Of a stretch of DNA of 64,000 bases, positions 59,492 to 64,000 are shown one piece after another. Location: the IMG/VR virus record IMGVR_UViG_3300021091_002229, positions 1,680 to 65,679 of that record. One strand, given 5' to 3'. The number at the start of each line of letters is the position of its first letter. The stretch's first letter is position 1. The notes beneath the pieces are model-generated. The model made no database searches and was not told the DNA's origin. It saw only the letters and a program-made list of their open reading frames with translations. Position numbers and translations under genes: made by a program. This stretch comes from a virus (Duplodnaviria; Caudoviricetes).

Positions 59492-60283
59492 ATGGCATTA
59501 GACATCAACGCACTAAAGAGTAAGCTTAACAGTTTCAAGCGGACAGGCGGTGGGGACCGCGATACCGCTATCTGGAAGCCGAAGGAAGGAAAGACAGTCA
59601 TCCGTATCGTTCCGTGGAAGGATAACCCCTCGAATCCCTTTATCGAACTCTACTTCCACTATTTGGGCAACAAGACCCATCTCTCACCTCTTTCATATGG
59701 CAATCGTGACCCGATTGCGGAGTTTGCTGATGCTCTCCGTTCTGACCAGTCACGTGACCCAAAGGAGCGTTATGCCGAAGCTCGTCCGTTCATGCCGAAG
59801 CTTCGTACTTATATCCCTATCATCGTTCGTGGTGAAGAGGATAAAGGTGTTCGGTTTTATTCGTTTGGCAAGACGGTCTATCAAGAGCTTCTTTCGTACA
59901 TCTCTGATCCTGATTACGGGGATATCACCGACGCCAAGACCGGCCGTGATATCGTAGTTGAGTACATCCCGAAGGAGAAGTCGGATACGAACTTCGCCAA
60001 GACTTCGGTAAAGGTGAAGCCGTCACAGACGCCACTTTCGTCTGATTCTGCGCAAATGAAGTTGTGGATGACTGAACAGCCCGACATCAAGGAACTTTAT
60101 ACTGAACCAACCTACAATGAGTTGAAGGTCACTCTTGAAAAGTATCTTGACCCAGATAATTCGGTCATTACTCCTGCCCGTGAGGCAGATGCTCCTAAGA
60201 CTGTAACGGAAACTGTTGCTGCTCCGAAGGAGAATGTCAAGAACGCAGTTGATGCGTTTGATGAGCTGTTCAACGATAATTAA
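59492..60283 (+). CDS. T4 gp32-like single-stranded DNA-binding protein
   Basis: WKP..G...IRIVP, PF.E..FHY, FGKTVY..L, DYGDITD...GRD; acidic tail DAFDELFNDN. Confidence 0.85.
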   Translation: MALDINALKSKLNSFKRTGGGDRDTAIWKPKEGKTVIRIVPWKDNPSNPFIELYFHYLGNKTHLSPLSYGNRDPIAEFADALRSDQSRDPKERYAEARPFMPKLRTYIPIIVRGEEDKGVRFYSFGKTVYQELLSYISDPDYGDITDAKTGRDIVVEYIPKEKSDTNFAKTSVKVKPSQTPLSSDSAQMKLWMTEQPDIKELYTEPTYNELKVTLEKYLDPDNSVITPAREADAPKTVTETVAAPKENVKNAVDAFDELFNDN

Positions 60284-60290
60284 CTAACCA

Positions 60291-60343
60291 AAAACACGCT
60301 GTGTGCTGGGTAGCCTCAAAACTATCCAGCGCCTGCGTGTTTT
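60291..60343 (+). other. Long intergenic RNA hairpin (terminator or processing site)
   Basis: AAAACACGC/GCGTGTTTT outer stem, GTGCTGGGTAG/CTATCCAGCGC inner stem (two G-U pairs), 8-nt loop CCTCAAAA. Confidence 0.75.
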
Positions 60344-60362
60344 GTTACATATAAGGAATCAT

Positions 60363-61523
60363 ATGGCAAAAGAAACGAAAACAAAGAAGTCCAGTCCATC
60401 GGCAGATAGAGATGAATTGGCACAAGTTATCGCAGATAGCTTGAATAAGTTATACAAGGATGGTCAAGTCGCTTATTTCCTTGATGGAGAAGAGGAGACT
60501 CCTACGGATTTGACCGACTTCATTTCCACTGGTAATACGATGTTGGATATCGCTATCAGCAATCGTCCGAATGGTGGTATTGCCGCTGGTCGTATCACCG
60601 AATTGACTGGATTGGAAGCATCGGGTAAGTCACTCGTTGGTGCACAACTTATTGCGACCACACAGAAGCGTGGTGGTGTTGCGGTTCTTATTGATACCGA
60701 AAACGCGGTGAACGATGAGTTCTTCCAAGCAGTCGGTGTTGATATGAAGAAGCTTGTTTATGTTCAACACGATACGGTTGAAGATATCTTTGATTCTATC
60801 GTGAACATCATTGAAAAGGTTCGTGCCGCAGCGAAGAAGGATAAGCTGGTCACGATTGTAGTTGACTCCGTTGCCGCGGCTTCTACCAAGACCGAAATGG
60901 CAACAGACTTCAATAAGGATGGATACGCGACTGCAAAGTCTATCATTATCAGTAAGGCAATGCGAAAGATTACCAACCTTCTTGGTCGTGAAAAGATTGC
61001 ACTGGTCTTTACCAATCAGCTTCGGTTGAAGATGAATGCTCCTGCGTTCTCTGACCCATATACGACTTCTGGTGGTAAGGCATTGGGATTCCACGCCTCC
61101 ACTCGTATCCGTCTGTCACAGATTGGGAAGTTGAAGGATTCAGCAGGGAACATCATTGGTATCACCACAAAAGCAGTGGTCACCAAGAATCGTTTGGGTC
61201 CGCCATATCGTGAAGCAGAATTCAACATCTACTTCAATCGTGGTATTGATGACTACAGCAGTTGGTTGGATGTCTTGAAGGAGAACGGCATCATCAAACA
61301 ATCTGGTGCATGGTATTCATATAATGATGAGAAGTTCCAAAGTAAGGAATTCCCAGCGTTCCTCGAAGCTGACCAAGACCGCAAGGAAGCGTTGTACGAG
61401 AAGATTTGTGACGCACTCATTATGAAGTACGAGAAGGACTTCGACCCATCTGCGGTCAACAAGGAAGCCGCAGAGGATGAGGACGAAGTATCACCATCCA
61501 AGAAACAATTACTAAATGACTGA
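60363..61523 (+). CDS. recA: RecA/UvsX recombinase
   Basis: FISTG...LD, GRITEL.GLEASGKS, IDTENA, VVDSVA, FTNQLR, TSGGKALGFHAS, KNR; AAGGA RBS before ATG 60363. Confidence 0.93.
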   Translation: MAKETKTKKSSPSADRDELAQVIADSLNKLYKDGQVAYFLDGEEETPTDLTDFISTGNTMLDIAISNRPNGGIAAGRITELTGLEASGKSLVGAQLIATTQKRGGVAVLIDTENAVNDEFFQAVGVDMKKLVYVQHDTVEDIFDSIVNIIEKVRAAAKKDKLVTIVVDSVAAASTKTEMATDFNKDGYATAKSIIISKAMRKITNLLGREKIALVFTNQLRLKMNAPAFSDPYTTSGGKALGFHASTRIRLSQIGKLKDSAGNIIGITTKAVVTKNRLGPPYREAEFNIYFNRGIDDYSSWLDVLKENGIIKQSGAWYSYNDEKFQSKEFPAFLEADQDRKEALYEKICDALIMKYEKDFDPSAVNKEAAEDEDEVSPSKKQLLND

Positions 61524-62556
61524 TTTATTGAAGGCGTTTAATGAGATGCAGTTTGACAGTAAGGATACGGGTTATAATTCCCGTGTCCTTATTGTTGACG
61601 CATTGAATACATTTATGAGAAGTTATGCCGCTATTCCTACATTAGATGACGATGGGAATCATATCGGCGGGATGGCTGGCTTTATGAAATCTTTAGGATA
61701 CGCTGTCAAGACATTCAAGCCTACCAGAGTCGTACTCGTCTTTGATGGTAAGGGTGGGTCACAGCGTAGACGAAAGATTTATAAAGACTATAAGGCAAAT
61801 CGCAAGCCACCTACTCGTTTGAATCGGCAGTATGATATGACTACCGATGAACAAGAGAAGGAAAATATGAAGTGGCAGTTAGTGTCACTTGTTGAAATGG
61901 TTGAATGTTTGCCAATATCAATTCTTGCACTAGACCATATCGAAGCAGATGATACGATAGCCTACTTCTCTCAATTGGTAACGAAGAATGGTGGAAACAG
62001 TATTATCTATTCTACAGATAAAGACTTTTTACAGATGGTGAGTGAAAGTGTAAAACTGTATAATCCCGTAAAGAAGAAAACCTTTAATATAGATGTCGTA
62101 TTGGAAACCTATGGTGTTCATCCATCTAACTTTGTATTCTATCGGTCACTACTTGGAGATAAGAGTGATAATATTGATGGAATCAAGGGGGCAGGTGAAA
62201 AGACCGTATTAAAATATATTCCAGAACTTGCCGACCCGAATGTTGAAGTGGATTTAGATTTGATTGAACAAAAATATGTTGATATTAAAAAGAAGCCAAA
62301 GTTAGTAGAGAATATTTTAGATAATACCAGCATAGTAAATAGAAATCTGCAATTAATGAATTTGCACGATGTGGATATTAATATTGATGCAAAGATGAAA
62401 ATATTACATAAATACGAAGAAGGCTGTCCTCCGCTTCGGAAGGCAGACTTGACAAAGCTGATGTTTAAGACTAAGATTATTAGTAGTATACAAAACTACG
62501 ATGAATGGATTACTTTTTCATTTAGTACTTTAGCGAGATATTATGGTAAATCATAA
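61516..62556 (+). CDS. 5'-3' exonuclease / flap endonuclease (T4 RNase H, Pol I N-domain-like)
   Basis: IVDALN, VFDGKGG, YKANR, EADD, STDKDF.Q, GDKSDNI.GIKG.GEKT. Confidence 0.93.
   Translation: MTDLLKAFNEMQFDSKDTGYNSRVLIVDALNTFMRSYAAIPTLDDDGNHIGGMAGFMKSLGYAVKTFKPTRVVLVFDGKGGSQRRRKIYKDYKANRKPPTRLNRQYDMTTDEQEKENMKWQLVSLVEMVECLPISILALDHIEADDTIAYFSQLVTKNGGNSIIYSTDKDFLQMVSESVKLYNPVKKKTFNIDVVLETYGVHPSNFVFYRSLLGDKSDNIDGIKGAGEKTVLKYIPELADPNVEVDLDLIEQKYVDIKKKPKLVENILDNTSIVNRNLQLMNLHDVDINIDAKMKILHKYEEGCPPLRKADLTKLMFKTKIISSIQNYDEWITFSFSTLARYYGKS
62449..62477 (+). promoter_or_regulatory. Candidate internal sigma70 promoter for the helicase gene
   Basis: TTGACA(62449)-N17-TAAGAT(62472) within the exonuclease 3' end. 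Confidence 0.5.
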
Positions 62557-63925
62557 GCAATACGATAAGAATGTAGATACGCTGGCAAAGTTCGGCCCGA
62601 GTTTCCAAGCAAAAGCAGTTGCTGCGATGCTGAACTCGCCGGACTTTGTTGCACAATCGTTTGATGTTATCAATCCAAACTTCTTTGAGTTGGATGCAAA
62701 TCAATGGATTGTGGAAACGACTTTAGAGTATTTCAATGATTATAAGGTGCTTCCAACATTGGAAGTGTTCAAGGTTGAAATGAATAAGGCGGTCAAGGAT
62801 GATACGTTGCGTACATCTATCGTTGAATCGCTCCGTAGTATTTTCCAGAAGATGAAGGACAATGATTTGGATTATATCAAGGACAGCTTTGTTGATTTCG
62901 CTAAGAATCAAACATTGAAATCAGCTATCATCAAGTCGGTTGATTTGCTTCAGATGGGTCAGTACGGTGAAATCAAGACCATCATTGACGGCGCGATGCG
63001 CAGTGGTCAACCCAAGACTATTGGTCACGATTGGAAGAAGGATGTTGAACAGCGTCTAACAAAAGATGCCCGTGCTACGGTTCCCACTGGGTGGGATGCA
63101 CTTGATTCGCTTATCGGTGGTGGGTTGGCTGGTGGTGAATTGGGTGTAGTCATCGCTCCGTCTGGTGTGGGTAAGAGTTGGGCACTTGCCACGATTGGTG
63201 CAAACGCAATACAAAAAGGCAAGAAGGTTGTTCACTATACGCTCGAGTTGAATGAGAATTATGTCGGTCTACGATATGATACAATTTATACGGGGATTGA
63301 ACCTGGGAAGATTCCAGAGCATCCTGATATGATTAAGGAGTTGGTCGAGAAGATTAAGGGTGAAATCATCATCAAGTATTATCCTGCTCGTACGATTACA
63401 TCCCATACGATTCAGGCTCACATTCAGCAGATGGCTTCGTTGGGATTCAAGCCAGACCTTATCATTGTTGACTATGCAGACTTGATGAGTGCAACCGCCA
63501 GAACCGATGCACGCTACCAAGAGTTGGGTGCGGTGTATGAAGAACTCCGTGGGTTGGCAGGTGAATTGCAGATTCCGATTTGGACAGCTTCTCAAACTCA
63601 AAGAAGTGCGATTCAAGAGGAAGTCATTCAAGCAGATAAGATTGCAGAATCATATAGTAAGATTATGACCGCCGACTTGGTACTCTCAATCTCACGGAAG
63701 CTAGAGGATAAGGTACATAAGACGGGTCGCGCTCATATTATTAAGAATCGATTCGGGGCTGATGGTCAGACATTCCCAATGATTATTGACGCAAGTGTAG
63801 GAAAGATAGAGATTTACGACGAATCCTCTGCCAAGGGGATTATGTTGAAGAAGCAAATGGAAAACGGCGAAACGGTTACAAAACAAAATCTTGCAAAGAA
63901 ATTATTAGAAATGGATTTAGAATAA
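62543..63925 (+). CDS. DnaB/gp41-like replicative helicase
   Basis: PTGW..LD, APSGVGKS, YTLEL, IVDYADL, WTASQ, AESY.K...AD, KNRFG. Confidence 0.93.
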   Translation: MVNHKQYDKNVDTLAKFGPSFQAKAVAAMLNSPDFVAQSFDVINPNFFELDANQWIVETTLEYFNDYKVLPTLEVFKVEMNKAVKDDTLRTSIVESLRSIFQKMKDNDLDYIKDSFVDFAKNQTLKSAIIKSVDLLQMGQYGEIKTIIDGAMRSGQPKTIGHDWKKDVEQRLTKDARATVPTGWDALDSLIGGGLAGGELGVVIAPSGVGKSWALATIGANAIQKGKKVVHYTLELNENYVGLRYDTIYTGIEPGKIPEHPDMIKELVEKIKGEIIIKYYPARTITSHTIQAHIQQMASLGFKPDLIIVDYADLMSATARTDARYQELGAVYEELRGLAGELQIPIWTASQTQRSAIQEEVIQADKIAESYSKIMTADLVLSISRKLEDKVHKTGRAHIIKNRFGADGQTFPMIIDASVGKIEIYDESSAKGIMLKKQMENGETVTKQNLAKKLLEMDLE

Positions 63926-64000
63926 AAATATCGTTGGGTAATCACCGAATTTTTCATGTAACACAGTAGTATTTATTTAACCCCAACCCCTAACGATTTT

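Noticed and set aside
5376-63886. Numerous short minus-strand and out-of-frame ORFs in the track
   Set aside because: All lie within tightly packed + strand genes and show no recognisable motifs
1-64000. Stop-codon reassignment
   Set aside because: TAA, TAG and TGA each end genes right before the next start, and conserved proteins are full length in the standard code
1-64000. tRNA, rRNA, integrase, transposase, intron/intein or reverse transcriptase
   Set aside because: Intergenic gaps are short and none was recognised by eye; RecA, helicase and exonuclease are of normal length. A tRNAscan/Rfam run would confirm

Overview
A 64-kb segment of a large tailed (myovirus-like, loosely T4-related) bacteriophage genome. 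All credible genes are on the + strand and read in the standard code. Layout: (1) 1-4640 tail-fibre/virion genes, including a fibre with proline-free Gly-Ser/Thr collagen-like tracts and a C-terminal S74 chaperone; (2) 4710-43571 a ~39-kb, ~45-gene AT-rich biosynthetic/tailoring island with glycosyltransferase-like genes (including a 5-member paralogue family), 7 SGNH-like paralogues, 4 radical SAM enzymes, NDP-sugar epimerases, RmlC, split ThDP enzyme subunits, amidinotransferase, aminotransferase, carbamoyltransferase, methyltransferases, 2OG-Fe oxygenases, APS kinase-nucleotidyltransferase, sulfotransferase, a QueC-like protein and a subtilisin; (3) 43754-46525 further virion proteins; (4) a HARP-SNF2 helicase; (5) 48706-57593 tail chaperone (candidate frameshift), tape measure, baseplate and M23-fused hub genes; (6) 57654-63925 replication genes: an apparently thumbless divergent PolA, gp32-like SSB, RecA/UvsX, 5'-3' exonuclease and DnaB/gp41 helicase. 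Two promoter classes are visible: sigma70-type TTGACA-N17-TAnnnT and a TA(T/C)TTATA motif found mainly before structural genes. The best candidate for an undescribed system is the island, read as a phage-encoded pathway for a heavily decorated glycan. All protein calls come from motif recognition by eye; no database searches were run.
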